Positions 37,801-48,461 of a DNA stretch of 64,000 nucleotides are shown one piece after another (position 1 is the stretch's first letter; the number at the start of each line of letters is the position of its first letter). The notes below the pieces were generated by a model. The model did no database searches. It was not told where the DNA came from and saw nothing but the letters and a program-made list of their open reading frames with translations. Source of the stretch: Mangrovimonas futianensis (GTDB lineage: Bacteria; Bacteroidota; Bacteroidia; Flavobacteriales; Flavobacteriaceae); assembly GCF_021245805.1 (NCBI RefSeq), contig NZ_JAJJNF010000002.1:80962-144961 (forward strand), given 5' to 3'. Made by a program: the position numbers and the translations under genes.

Positions 37801-39915
37801 GGATATAGTGGAGGGAACTCCTTAACTTATCAATGGTACTATTTGGCTCCCGGAGATTCCGGTTGGACGGAAATTATGGATGATGCAACCTTTTATAATT
37901 CTGATTCTGCCATTTTGGAAATCCTAGACATATTTCCAGTGGTTGATTACCAATTTTATTGTCAGGTTCGAGAAAATGACCAAACATGCTTTACAGCCTC
38001 TAATGCTGTTTTATTGGAACTGGAATCCGTGATTTGGAACGGCTCTTCTTGGTCTCCAATTGATCCTAATTCAAACACCATAGCTATTTTAAACGCAGAT
38101 TATGACACCTCAATTTCTGGAAGTTTTGAAGCTTGCAACTTGATTATTAATGACAGTGCTTTAATTATTGGTGACATCATTAATGGAGGAAGCAATACCT
38201 ATGTAGAAGTACAATACAGTGTTTATGTTAACGGCAACGGATCTATTTTGGTGCATCCTCAAGCGGCTTTTGTGCAAGTAAACGATGACGGGGTATTTGA
38301 AGCCGACAACCCAGACAATTGTGAAGTAGACAAATTAACGGCACCTATGGCTCACTGGTATGAATACACATATTGGAGTTCTCCAACCATCGAAACCATA
38401 GGCGATGCCCTAGCTGAAGCCAATCCCAACAGACGATTTAAATTTAGCGGCCAAGATTTTAGAGATTCTTACGAAGAAAATGCTAATACCAATACATTTA
38501 ATCCAAACCCTGGAATTGATGATATTGATGATGACCCCAATTATATTTCCGACGGTACAGGAGTTGACTGGCAATTGATGAATGCTTCTGATGATATGTT
38601 GCCGGGTGTTGGATACGCCTCTACTCATAGCACTATAGGTTTTAATTCCTTTCCATGTGGTGGAGGACCGGGATGTCAGTTTTTATATCAGTTTAAAGGT
38701 CTTTTTAACAATGGTGTAATCTCAGTACCTGTATATCGTAACGACGAAGAACCTGATGATAACAATTGGAATTTCATCGGAAATCCTTATCCATCAGCCA
38801 TTAGTGCCGATGCCTTTTTGGAATACAATTCCGATATATCCTCTGCTTCCAATAGAGTAATTGACGGTGCCCTCTATTTATGGTCACAAAACACCGACGC
38901 CAATGGAAATGTCAGTGGAAACCAAGCCTTAAACTTTTCCCAATCTGACTATGCCATCATTAACGGTATAGGCTCAACGGCTACCTCTGCTGGTGGTGAT
39001 GGTAGTAATCCTGATAATCGTATGATCCCTTCTGGTCAGGGCTTTTTCATTACGATGTCAGATGGCGCATTAGGGACAACATTTACAAGTAACCCTTCAA
39101 GCGATGCTGGCGACATTCAATCAAAGGATGTGATTTTCAACAATTCCATGCGAGTTAAGGGAAATAGTGATAACTCCCAATTCTTTAGAAACGCCACCCA
39201 AGAAACCAATTCGATGGAATCCATTACATTGAGTCTTACCAGTGATAACGGCATTTTTAGTCAAGTAGTTGTAGGTTATAAGGACGGAGCTACTGACGGA
39301 TTGGATTATATGTATTATGATGCTCCCGCCAACTCGGTTTCCAATAACATGACTTTGGCCTATTTCCAGATAGAAGATTCCAATAAAAAGTTTGCTATTC
39401 AAGGTAAACATCCTGAAAGTTTAACGCTTGAAGAAGTCATTCCTCTGGGCTTTCAAACCAATATTGAAGAAGCTAGCATATTCAATATCGAAATTGCGCA
39501 ATTAAAAGGTGATTTTATGTTATCCCATTCCATCTATATTAAAGATAATTTCTTCAATACGTATCATGATTTGACTCAATCTGCCTATACATTCAACTCA
39601 GAAACAGGCGCATTCAATGACCGATTTGAAATTGTTTTCCAAACCAATGTGTTGTCTACTTCAGAATCAGTATTGAACACAAATGACTTAACTATTGTTG
39701 AGCTTCAAAATGGACTGGTTTCTTTTTCGGTTGGAAAGAATAAAACAATCGAAAAAGTTGAAATTTATGATCTTTTAGGCAGATCCTTATTGACTTTTAC
39801 AGGAAACTCATCAAAAGAGGTTTTGGATCTTTCATCACTAAGCAGCTCTGCTTATTTAGCAAAGATCACTTTAAATAATGGTCAAGAAATCACCAAAAAG
39901 GCGATAAAAAGGTAG
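34873..39915 (+). CDS. Giant (1680 aa) secreted multi-domain cell-surface protein with a T9SS type-A C-terminal sorting domain. Contains FN3-like, choice-of-anchor-D/ASH-like, IPT/TIG and lamin-tail (LTD) domains.
   Basis: Signal peptide MIKKYTLLFFIFLGALNIGFGQ. FN3-like ATGLSQATQYHFFVFALNS; LxLTxxGxxxYTVSP modules; IPT SPITISPMSGPEATIISITGNNFGSATTATLNGV; LTD ELFISEVTDHGTGHHSYVEIFNGTGATVNLSGYEI; CTD KVEIYDLLGRSL...YLAKITLNNGQEITKKAIKR. Confidence 0.8.
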   Translation: MIKKYTLLFFIFLGALNIGFGQVTIAIQDFESAPATPTLNYSFNSGIFTSASGNSGSGDLPQNSPQYTSSNTSWRVINNSVDVDFGPVDITSYQDVQVEFNLAGFSIGSTGNGLDTSDYIDVYISLDNGISWSYEMEITGNSNSRWPFNSGSNRTITYDGDDIPQSYSSTNSNPINNVIINIPNSNAAITSDFLVGFVISNNSPNESWNIDDVEISGVSSAPCLTPTNQPTSLTLNNITSSSIDGSFSAATADEYLVIVSTSTTLGANPVNGITYSAGDTIGSGTVVQSSNTTTFSATGLSQATQYHFFVFALNSSCSGGPLYNLTNPLTDSETTINGPCYSINGRNFPNTAGYTINSGASAKRLASASSYGSISTNALTGISGDITLHFSAEGWDNNENEVTVTLNGVSQFFNTIIDGSYNTYTASFTSVPNNSILEFSTVSGKRVYIDLVEIYCGSPSPELQLVDDASTNQNCGYTIDFGSQALSTNANTTFAIENVGSDDLDITSLGITGNYTVSPTGPMTISAGNSQTFTVTFTPTTNGTQNGTITINNNDPNEGTCTINLTGEGFTPAPEIDIERNTGGTIPNGSSPNIGYNTIFAATVMGDSSSPKTFHVSNEGTSDLDLTSITSSNPTEFSISLNPSPSTISSNTEVDFEIVFSPTGVGLRTSTITIISNDSDENPYTFQVQGNGDCAASPITISPMSGPEATIISITGNNFGSATTATLNGVSISSVNVISSTELELSVPSGATTGSLEITNDLGCLSSELFIVIDNQISSCEGNSGISPTELFISEVTDHGTGHHSYVEIFNGTGATVNLSGYEIRIHNNGASTATSSVTLSGSIINGDVFVLAFGQSDATDAHASHGFDQSSNVNGINEDDHIRLYNGTTWIDLWGDTSGDSFTIASKNYTYRRKNTGIIAPSTTWNSNDWDSFSPVDYTDIGTFDFSTGVPPSITSGPTINQSCNTATISVAADEGYSGGNSLTYQWYYLAPGDSGWTEIMDDATFYNSDSAILEILDIFPVVDYQFYCQVRENDQTCFTASNAVLLELESVIWNGSSWSPIDPNSNTIAILNADYDTSISGSFEACNLIINDSALIIGDIINGGSNTYVEVQYSVYVNGNGSILVHPQAAFVQVNDDGVFEADNPDNCEVDKLTAPMAHWYEYTYWSSPTIETIGDALAEANPNRRFKFSGQDFRDSYEENANTNTFNPNPGIDDIDDDPNYISDGTGVDWQLMNASDDMLPGVGYASTHSTIGFNSFPCGGGPGCQFLYQFKGLFNNGVISVPVYRNDEEPDDNNWNFIGNPYPSAISADAFLEYNSDISSASNRVIDGALYLWSQNTDANGNVSGNQALNFSQSDYAIINGIGSTATSAGGDGSNPDNRMIPSGQGFFITMSDGALGTTFTSNPSSDAGDIQSKDVIFNNSMRVKGNSDNSQFFRNATQETNSMESITLSLTSDNGIFSQVVVGYKDGATDGLDYMYYDAPANSVSNNMTLAYFQIEDSNKKFAIQGKHPESLTLEEVIPLGFQTNIEEASIFNIEIAQLKGDFMLSHSIYIKDNFFNTYHDLTQSAYTFNSETGAFNDRFEIVFQTNVLSTSESVLNTNDLTIVELQNGLVSFSVGKNKTIEKVEIYDLLGRSLLTFTGNSSKEVLDLSSLSSSAYLAKITLNNGQEITKKAIKR

Positions 39916-39924
39916 GAAGTCGGT

Positions 39925-40644
39925 TTAATGAAATAGTTGGTTGAAGACTTCTAAAGATTTTGGTTTTCTAAATCCTTCAAGATGCAATTCATAATATAAC
40001 AAAAGAGTATTCAAGAATTCTTGTCGTTGGCTCGCATTTAATTTAATCAAGTTAATGGATTGAATATCGGAATCCATAAGAGTCTTTAATAAATCAACCT
40101 GAGTACCAGCAATGCCTCTTTTAGGTTGCTCCTTTTCAAACTTTCCTTCTTGAAGATTAAAAAAGAACCGTTCTTCCTTTAGGTAATCATCTGGATAAAA
40201 CCCAAGATGCTTGCTTAGGTTCAAAAGGAATAGTAAATGGAAATTGGCAAAATGAGATTCCTGATCCAGCCATTGAAAAGCAGTTTCAATAAAAGCAAAT
40301 AGATTTTCATTTGGTTCTTCTTCCTTCAAACTACTGCTTAAAACCTCAGCTAGGAAAATTCCCAATGAGCCTTTGATAATATTGGAATGTAAGGTTTCAT
40401 AAATATAATGTACCTTGACTTCTTGAATGTAATGCAAATTTCTATTCAATTGATGTTTTACATCTAATTGCAATTGAGTTAAAGGTTGAAAAAAAGCAAC
40501 ATTTTTGCTCCCCCTTTTAGATTTCATCACACCCTTCAAAAGGAAACTTATCGTACCGAACTTTTCTGTGTAACATCTAACAATTAAGTCATGGTCTTGA
40601 TACTTGATTGAAGATAGTACAATACCTTTGGTTTTAGCAATCAT
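39925..40644 (-). CDS. recO: DNA repair protein RecO
   Basis: MIAKTKGIVLSSIKYQDHDLIVRCYTEKFGTISFLLKG (OB-fold N-terminus); 239 aa. Its start overlaps the upstream gene stop (TAATG). Confidence 0.85.
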   Translation of the reverse strand: MIAKTKGIVLSSIKYQDHDLIVRCYTEKFGTISFLLKGVMKSKRGSKNVAFFQPLTQLQLDVKHQLNRNLHYIQEVKVHYIYETLHSNIIKGSLGIFLAEVLSSSLKEEEPNENLFAFIETAFQWLDQESHFANFHLLFLLNLSKHLGFYPDDYLKEERFFFNLQEGKFEKEQPKRGIAGTQVDLLKTLMDSDIQSINLIKLNASQRQEFLNTLLLYYELHLEGFRKPKSLEVFNQLFH

Positions 40645-42986
40645 TACCTTACCACCATTAGTTTCAGTACTTTGGTTTCGTAGGTATCCAAATCTGAAAG
40701 CATGATAAGATAGACTCCTGAGGCAACTGTATTATTACCCAAATTTCTACCGTTCCAAAACGCCGTTCCTCCGTCTATTTCAAGATTATAGCCTCTATAT
40801 CTCATGTTCACATTTGATTTGGCCTCGGCCACCAGATTACCCTCAATATCCAAAATTTTAATATTGACGTTTTCAGGTAAGCCTCTTATTTTTACTTTAT
40901 CATTGTTGATATTAAATTCAGGCCTTACTGGATTGGGAAAGACGAATGAATTTTCAAAATCTGATGTTGTCTCAGAGCCACCCGAAGAAAATGACACCAA
41001 TCCATTAGCTGTTGCAATGTAAACTGTTCCATTGGACTCATCAATAGAAATATCAACTATATTATTGGAAGGCAGGGGTGAGTTTTTTTTGGTAAAATGA
41101 TAGATAGTTTCTTGGCCATTGGAGCTTAGATAAAATAGTCCTGACGAAAAGGTTCCTATCCATTTATTATTAGCTCCATCAACCTCAATATCGGTAACAT
41201 ATTGTTCATACATCAATTCTTTGGGAACACCATCTTCTAAGATGATAATAGATTCCAATTGAGAAACAGAGCCATCAAAAAAACCAGTTGTATTATAGAG
41301 CACTCTTAACCCTTTATAGTTCCCTACCCAAACTTGATTTTGCTTATCTACAGCCAGAGAAGTAATAAAAGGACTAGGTAAATTTTCCTCCTCCGAAGCC
41401 ATATTTTTCAGTGTCCCATTAGAACTGTAACCGATTAACCCCAATAGATATCCTCCGATCCATTTGTTCCCATTGGCATCTAATTCAATATCAGAATAAC
41501 CAAATTCTGCATTTAAAGCTTCATCGGCAGAAAATAGGGTTCCGAAAGAATATCCTTGCCATTGCTGTGTTGTAGGATCATAAGACTTTAATGGTTTAGC
41601 AACTCTCGCTGTTAATGTCCATAAAATTCCATTTGAATCAAAAATGGATGCGCTTTGCCTTATGTTTTTATAATTTGGATTATTAGGTATTATTAGTGAT
41701 TCCAATCCACTATTAGACTCATTATACAAAACGGTAGGTATTTCATCATTAATTTCTAAGATACCATCGAAAAAAGAGCTTATAAAAACTTGACCAACAT
41801 TAAATGGATTGATGGCCATCTTATTTAAATTTCTAGCTCCGAAAACCTCAGAGTATGGAATATTAATCCAGCTTTCACCATTTAAATGACTAATTCCATG
41901 AAATCTTAATGGAGCTGGATTATAACTCAAAGTGTAATCTCCATAAGTCATCCATAAATTATTTTGTCTAGCTTGAATTGAAAAGGCTCCATTTCTTAAA
42001 GGTCCATCTGGATAAATTGTCTCAAAAATGGTTGCATCAGTAAGTGCCGTCTTTAACATGCCTCTATTTCCTGTCCCGATATAAAGAAATCCATCCTTTA
42101 CAGTTGCAGAGGTAAAAGTATTAGCTTCAGTTTGGTTAACATGAACATACCCCAATTGATTAAAGCTTTCGTCGTACACAAACACTTCGTTCTGGGTGGC
42201 GATAACAAGTGATTCTGAGACACTTTTTAAACTTAGTGGCTGATCTTGGTAAGTAGTTAATGGTGTTAAGGTACCATTCTGGACTCTTGATAACTCCGTA
42301 CTATTTCTTACCGCATATAATTGATCTAATATATCTTGCACTCCTAGAAAATTCCCCCCCGAGACGTTAGCCCACTCCTGATAATCTATTAAATCATTAC
42401 TAGATGCCAGCGCTCTTTTTAACCCGTTGCTATTTTGACAAGCAGCGTAAATAAAACCTCCATGTAAAGCTGTTTGTTTAATTGGTATTTGGGCACCTCC
42501 AGTTCCAATATAATAAGTATCCCCAAATTCAAGAGCTAGTAAATCATAGACAGATATACCATAGTCAGTAGAAATATAAACTACTCCTTCATTTTCCTTA
42601 AAATGATTAATTCTTTTGGTATTTGGAGGAATGGTAGGTTTGTCCAGAATATCAACTACACTCAATATATTGCCATCTTCCATGACAATGTCAATCAAAC
42701 CGTTCTCATAACCGACCAATAACATCATATAGGCTTCACTATAATAAATCGCAGATATGGATTCTCCAGATAAACCATTCACCGTATCAATGGTTTCTAA
42801 TTCTGATGTAGTCGTATCATAAGAAAATATGGCATTCTCAGCTGCAGCATAAATTTTGCCATTTCCCTGAGATATATCTTGAATATTGAAATAGGAGTAA
42901 TGACCTTTCCACAGGGAAGAATAATCTTGCCCTGAAACAAAGCCACTTATCAATAAATAAACAATTAAGAGGACTTTTCTTATCAT
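40644..42986 (-). CDS. PorZ-like T9SS component / two-propeller (Reg_prop-type repeats) protein with a T9SS C-terminal sorting domain
   Basis: Signal peptide. Repeated ~45-aa blade motifs (I.A....G.W.GT..GL). C-terminal FPNPVRPEF...IKILDIEGNLV...SGVYLIMLSD...KLMVVR. At 780 aa it is close to P. gingivalis PorZ (about 776 aa). Confidence 0.5.
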   Translation of the reverse strand: MIRKVLLIVYLLISGFVSGQDYSSLWKGHYSYFNIQDISQGNGKIYAAAENAIFSYDTTTSELETIDTVNGLSGESISAIYYSEAYMMLLVGYENGLIDIVMEDGNILSVVDILDKPTIPPNTKRINHFKENEGVVYISTDYGISVYDLLALEFGDTYYIGTGGAQIPIKQTALHGGFIYAACQNSNGLKRALASSNDLIDYQEWANVSGGNFLGVQDILDQLYAVRNSTELSRVQNGTLTPLTTYQDQPLSLKSVSESLVIATQNEVFVYDESFNQLGYVHVNQTEANTFTSATVKDGFLYIGTGNRGMLKTALTDATIFETIYPDGPLRNGAFSIQARQNNLWMTYGDYTLSYNPAPLRFHGISHLNGESWINIPYSEVFGARNLNKMAINPFNVGQVFISSFFDGILEINDEIPTVLYNESNSGLESLIIPNNPNYKNIRQSASIFDSNGILWTLTARVAKPLKSYDPTTQQWQGYSFGTLFSADEALNAEFGYSDIELDANGNKWIGGYLLGLIGYSSNGTLKNMASEEENLPSPFITSLAVDKQNQVWVGNYKGLRVLYNTTGFFDGSVSQLESIIILEDGVPKELMYEQYVTDIEVDGANNKWIGTFSSGLFYLSSNGQETIYHFTKKNSPLPSNNIVDISIDESNGTVYIATANGLVSFSSGGSETTSDFENSFVFPNPVRPEFNINNDKVKIRGLPENVNIKILDIEGNLVAEAKSNVNMRYRGYNLEIDGGTAFWNGRNLGNNTVASGVYLIMLSDLDTYETKVLKLMVVR

Positions 42987-43050
42987 AAATAAATTACTGC
43001 GTCAAATATATTTATATCTAACGATAATTAGGGTAAAATCATACAATATC

Positions 43051-43080
43051 AAATAAAAAAACCTCCAAAATTGGAGGCTT
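43051..43080 (-). terminator. Rho-independent terminator of gdhA
   Basis: CCTCC/GGAGG hairpin flanked by an A7 run on the plus strand, which gives a T-run on the minus strand. Confidence 0.6.
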
Positions 43081-43102
43081 TAATAATTAGTTTGTGTGAA
43101 AT

Positions 43103-44467
<1,365 letters not shown>

Positions 44468-44656
44468 TTAAGTTTAACGGGTGCAAATATACGTTATCTT
44501 AAATTTAAACGGTGATTTTTTTAAATTTTCACAATTTTTTAATGCAAATTTAAGGCATCTGTTATCTATATGGTTTTCAGTAAGTTTTTTAATTTGGTGG
44601 ATACCAAGCATTTCATATATTTGTGAATCACTTATACTACTGACTTAACGCGAACT

Positions 44657-45466
44657 ATGTCCTATAAGAGATTACCATTAGCCCTACTTTTCCTACTTTT
44701 CAGTGTTCAGGTTAGCTTTTCCCAGTTAGGCTTTTCGCATGAAATTGGAGCCATTATAGGTCCTGTTCAGTTCCGTTCAGATTACGGAATTAGAAATAAC
44801 GAAGAAACCAACTTTGGAAATACGGGAATAGGAATTGGTATCATTCACTACATCAACTTTTCCTATAGTGCAGAGTGTAATTGTTATTCTACAGATACTT
44901 ATTTCAATGATCATTTTAAGTTAAGAAGTGAAATTTCCTGGAATTACACACCCTTGGATCATTTTGGTACTTATGCCAATGCGCCGAGGTTAAAACCACA
45001 TAAAGGTGAGGCTCAAAATTTTGATATCGGGATGCAATTGGAATACTTTCCTTTAAGCATTCGTTCCTTTCAAGCTTTTAGCTATCGGTTTGCACCTTTC
45101 GTCAGTTTGGGTATTCATTACGTGAATTACCACCCTGACTCCTGGACAACTTTTGGAACCGGAAATGTTATGGATCCTGCCAATATATATGGTGGGTTTG
45201 ATTTAGATGATGATTTTGGATGGTGGGACGCTTCCGATCCTCCTGATTACTACCCTCTTAATTTAGACTCAGGCTCAACTTGGTCGCTTGTTACCAGTGT
45301 GGGTGTTAGATACAAACTTACCAAATTATCTGACTTAATGCTTGATATGCGCTGGCAGTATTATGGTAGTGATTGGATTGATGGCCTTAACCATAAATTG
45401 AGCTACAACAAATATAACGACTGGTTGCTCTGGTTGAACTTTGGTTATATTTACTATTTGGATTAA
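44657..45466 (+). CDS. Hypothetical outer-membrane beta-barrel protein
   Basis: Signal peptide ...VSFSQ. W/Y-rich alternating strands. C-terminal ...NFGYIYYLD. Confidence 0.4.
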   Translation: MSYKRLPLALLFLLFSVQVSFSQLGFSHEIGAIIGPVQFRSDYGIRNNEETNFGNTGIGIGIIHYINFSYSAECNCYSTDTYFNDHFKLRSEISWNYTPLDHFGTYANAPRLKPHKGEAQNFDIGMQLEYFPLSIRSFQAFSYRFAPFVSLGIHYVNYHPDSWTTFGTGNVMDPANIYGGFDLDDDFGWWDASDPPDYYPLNLDSGSTWSLVTSVGVRYKLTKLSDLMLDMRWQYYGSDWIDGLNHKLSYNKYNDWLLWLNFGYIYYLD

Positions 45467-45482
45467 AAAAGTTATACATAAA

Positions 45483-45518
45483 CAAAAAGAGCCACTATGA
45501 TGTGGCTCTTTTTGTTTT
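45483..45518. terminator. Bidirectional rho-independent terminator
   Basis: 8-bp stem AGAGCCAC/GTGGCTCT, loop TATGAT, A-run 5' and T-run 3'. Confidence 0.65.
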
Positions 45519-45532
45519 ATTACTTAACGCTT

Positions 45533-46672
45533 TTACCCTAAGGCCTGGTTCAAATCTTCTATCAAATCATCAGCATCTTCAATTCCCACACTTAGTCTAA
45601 TCAAGGAATCGACCACTCCTGTTTTCTCACGCTCCTCTTTAGGGATACTAGCATGTGTCATACTTGCGGGATGACCAGCTAAGGATTCTACACCTCCCAA
45701 AGATTCAGCTAATGTAAATACTTTAAGGTTTTCTACTGTTTTAATGGCTTCTTCATAATTATTCCCCTTTGTGGTAAATGAAATCATTCCCCCAAAATCA
45801 CTCATTTGGCTTTTGGCTACTTCATGATTAGGATGGGATTCAAATCCTGGCCAGTATACTTTTTCCACCTTTGGGTGACTTGCCAAAAACTCAGCAACCT
45901 TTTTCCCATTTTCACAATGACGCTGCATTCTAACATGAATGGTTTTGATACCTCTTAAAACCAAAAAGCTATCTTGTGGTCCACAAACAGCACCACTGGC
46001 ATTTTGAACAAAATACAATCTATCTGCTAATTCTTCATCTTTAACGACCAAAGCACCCATTACCACATCACTATGTCCGCCCAAATACTTAGTTGCAGAA
46101 TGCATAACGATATCTGCACCTAAATCTAAAGGCTGTTGAAGGTAAGGCGTAGCAAACGTATTATCTACAGCTAACAACAGCTTGTGCTTTTTGGCTATTT
46201 CAGAAACCCCTTTAATATCAATAATGTTCATCATGGGATTGGTAGGAGTTTCTACCCAAACCAATTTGGTGTTTTCATTGATATAATCTTCGATCTTTGA
46301 TACATCCTGCATACCCACAAAATGAAACTTGATTCCGAAGTCTTGAAATATTTTGGTAAACAATCTGTAAGATCCTCCATATAAATCGTTGGTGGATATC
46401 ACCTCATCTCCAGGCTTTAATAATTTCATAACGGCATCAATAGCAGCCAAACCCGAGCCAAAAGCTAATCCGTGAGTTCCATTTTCTATACTTGCCAAGG
46501 CATTCTCCAAAGCCTGTCTGGTTGGGTTATGTGTTCTGGAATATTCAAACCCTTTGTGTCCACCAGGCGTACTTTGGGCATAAGTTGATGTTTGGTAAAT
46601 GGGAGGCATCACCGCGCCATAAGCTGGGTCATGTTTTTGTCCTCCATGTATGGTTTTTGTATTGAATTTCAT
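45533..46672 (-). CDS. Cys/Met-metabolism PLP-dependent enzyme (cystathionine gamma-synthase / methionine gamma-lyase / O-acylhomoserine sulfhydrylase family)
   Basis: MKFNTKTIHGGQ... start. Internal SATKYLGGHSDVVMG (PLP-lysine context S-x-T-K). About 380 aa. Confidence 0.8.
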   Translation of the reverse strand: MKFNTKTIHGGQKHDPAYGAVMPPIYQTSTYAQSTPGGHKGFEYSRTHNPTRQALENALASIENGTHGLAFGSGLAAIDAVMKLLKPGDEVISTNDLYGGSYRLFTKIFQDFGIKFHFVGMQDVSKIEDYINENTKLVWVETPTNPMMNIIDIKGVSEIAKKHKLLLAVDNTFATPYLQQPLDLGADIVMHSATKYLGGHSDVVMGALVVKDEELADRLYFVQNASGAVCGPQDSFLVLRGIKTIHVRMQRHCENGKKVAEFLASHPKVEKVYWPGFESHPNHEVAKSQMSDFGGMISFTTKGNNYEEAIKTVENLKVFTLAESLGGVESLAGHPASMTHASIPKEEREKTGVVDSLIRLSVGIEDADDLIEDLNQALG

Positions 46673-46758
46673 GCTAAAAAATTTTGACAAAGTTAGGCTT
46701 TCTACCCATCTATTCAAATGCAAATGGCTATCTTTAAGATTGAATTTAACTACCTTTT

Positions 46759-47481
46759 ATGAAATTCAAAGCCCTTACAATTGCCTTTCTTGTTATCCTT
46801 GTTTTTTCTTGTGAAAATGAGAATTCTTCAGTAGTCTTTTCGGAAATATCCGAATCTGTTGATGATCCCAGCTATGTGACTGTAAAAATACCTTTTGCTG
46901 AAGGTGATGATGAAGCCTCCTTACAAATTAATCAAACTTTAGAAACCTTTGTTTCTACCATACTTCATATTGGCGATCCTGATCAAGTCTACACCATGCC
47001 AGTTAAAGAAAGTATCTCAGATTTCAATAATGAATATGCTACTTTCATTACTGATTTTCCTGACTCTCCAATGAAATGGGAAGCCGACATAGAGGGTGAA
47101 ATTAGCTATCAAAGCCCAACCTTGATTTGCATATCTGTAGATAGTTATGTCTTCACAGGTGGTGCACATGGCATGTCCTCCATCACTTTTTTCAATTTTG
47201 ACCCACAAACCGGCATGCCTATGGAGCAAAACGATTTAATTTCAGACCAAGAGAATTTTACAAAAGTGGCCGAGGCTTATTTTCAAAAGGAAGTTGTAGA
47301 AACTGATAAAATCCTTTTTGAGGATACCAGTTTTGTCATGCCAGAAAATATGGGTTTTGATGACCAAGGAGTCATCTTCTTATACAACCCATACGAGATA
47401 GGTCCCTATGCAACAGGAATGATTGAATTTCGGATTCCCTATAAGGAACTTACAGACTTCATAATTCTGGATAACAAATAA
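46759..47481 (+). CDS. Lipoprotein of the DUF3298/DUF4163 (RsiV/PdaC-like) family
   Basis: Lipobox LVILVFSCENEN. The hallmark FTGGAHGMSS motif of DUF3298. Confidence 0.55.
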   Translation: MKFKALTIAFLVILVFSCENENSSVVFSEISESVDDPSYVTVKIPFAEGDDEASLQINQTLETFVSTILHIGDPDQVYTMPVKESISDFNNEYATFITDFPDSPMKWEADIEGEISYQSPTLICISVDSYVFTGGAHGMSSITFFNFDPQTGMPMEQNDLISDQENFTKVAEAYFQKEVVETDKILFEDTSFVMPENMGFDDQGVIFLYNPYEIGPYATGMIEFRIPYKELTDFIILDNK

Positions 47482-47498
47482 CCATTACAATTTACACA

Positions 47499-47902
47499 AT
47501 GGACAGTTTTTGTAAAAAAGTCAAGTTTTGCCTTTTCTTGATATTATTTTGGATGTCAAATTTAAATGCTCAAAGCTTTGATTCATCCATTAATGGATTT
47601 GTGTTTTCCAAAAACACGGAAAAGTAATTTTAAAATTTAGGTCTGGTGCTAGCTCATTAAAATTGAATTCAGATAATTATGTGGCTGTGACTTTAGAGAA
47701 TATTGATAAAAACACGACTAGTTTTATTGGGAAAAATATTAGATCCATTGATAGCAAGAACCTAACCAGGAGTCAAATGCTGTTAAAAATATTACCAACT
47801 GAAGAAAATATTAAAAATGATAAATTTGTTCTTTTGATGTCTTATAAGTCCGTTGAAAAATTTGAAATTTTCGAATTTCACCTTCCTGTAGATAAAGACT
47901 AG
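47499..47902 (+). pseudogene. Possible frameshifted small secreted protein. A 42-aa signal-peptide ORF (47499-47627, frame 0) is followed by a 79-aa ORF (47663-47902, frame 2, TTG start) with no ATG.
   Basis: MDSFCKKVKFCLFLILFWMSNLNAQ is a typical Bacteroidota signal peptide. The downstream ORF lacks an ATG but is open in frame 2 from 47594. A T4/A5 homopolymer context lies at the junction. Confidence 0.25.
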
Positions 47903-47912
47903 ACATTAAAAA

Positions 47913-48386
47913 TCAACTTTTTAACGCTCTCATCAAAGCCATGACATAGCCTGAATGCAGGCCTTCATGAAACAATATAAACCGAAGGGCATCATCAAGG
48001 GTTTTCAAAGTATTCCCCGTAGTTGAAACTGTGTATTCCTGAAAATTGGTAAAATGTCCATCTTTATAATCTTGTTCGGTTTTTTCTATAGTAGAAAACA
48101 ACAAAGTCTTTAACTCATCTACAAACTCTTGGCTTACGCTTCCTTGCGGCTTTGTCCCTTTCATATAGGTTTGAATCATATCTACACTTACATTAGGCTC
48201 CAACCCACTTAACTTATACGCCAATAGCTGTTCGGTAACCACAACATGTGCAATATTCCAAACAATATTGTTATTAAACCCGTCAGGAATCTTGTTTAAA
48301 TCTTCTAAGGATGTTTCATTCAATACCTTTTCAAAAAACAGTCTTGACTTAGGGAGTACCTCAAAAATAAAATCCATACCATTCAT
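47913..48386 (-). CDS. DinB/YfiT-like (DinB_2) putative metal-dependent hydrolase
   Basis: 157 aa, four-helix-bundle pattern with IAHVVVTEQ and FHEGLHSGY His motifs. Confidence 0.55.
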   Translation of the reverse strand: MNGMDFIFEVLPKSRLFFEKVLNETSLEDLNKIPDGFNNNIVWNIAHVVVTEQLLAYKLSGLEPNVSVDMIQTYMKGTKPQGSVSQEFVDELKTLLFSTIEKTEQDYKDGHFTNFQEYTVSTTGNTLKTLDDALRFILFHEGLHSGYVMALMRALKS

Positions 48387-48461
48387 TTTTATAGTGCTAA
48401 AGATACTTGTTTGTTGACTAAAAGCCTTTATTTTGCAACGTTAAATTTTGAATGCTATCTC

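Noticed and set aside
44490-44540. AT-only inverted repeat AAATTTAAA...TTTAAATTT upstream of gdhA as a regulatory hairpin
   Set aside because: Pure A/T symmetry of this length is expected by chance in a 70% AT spacer. Not reported as a feature.
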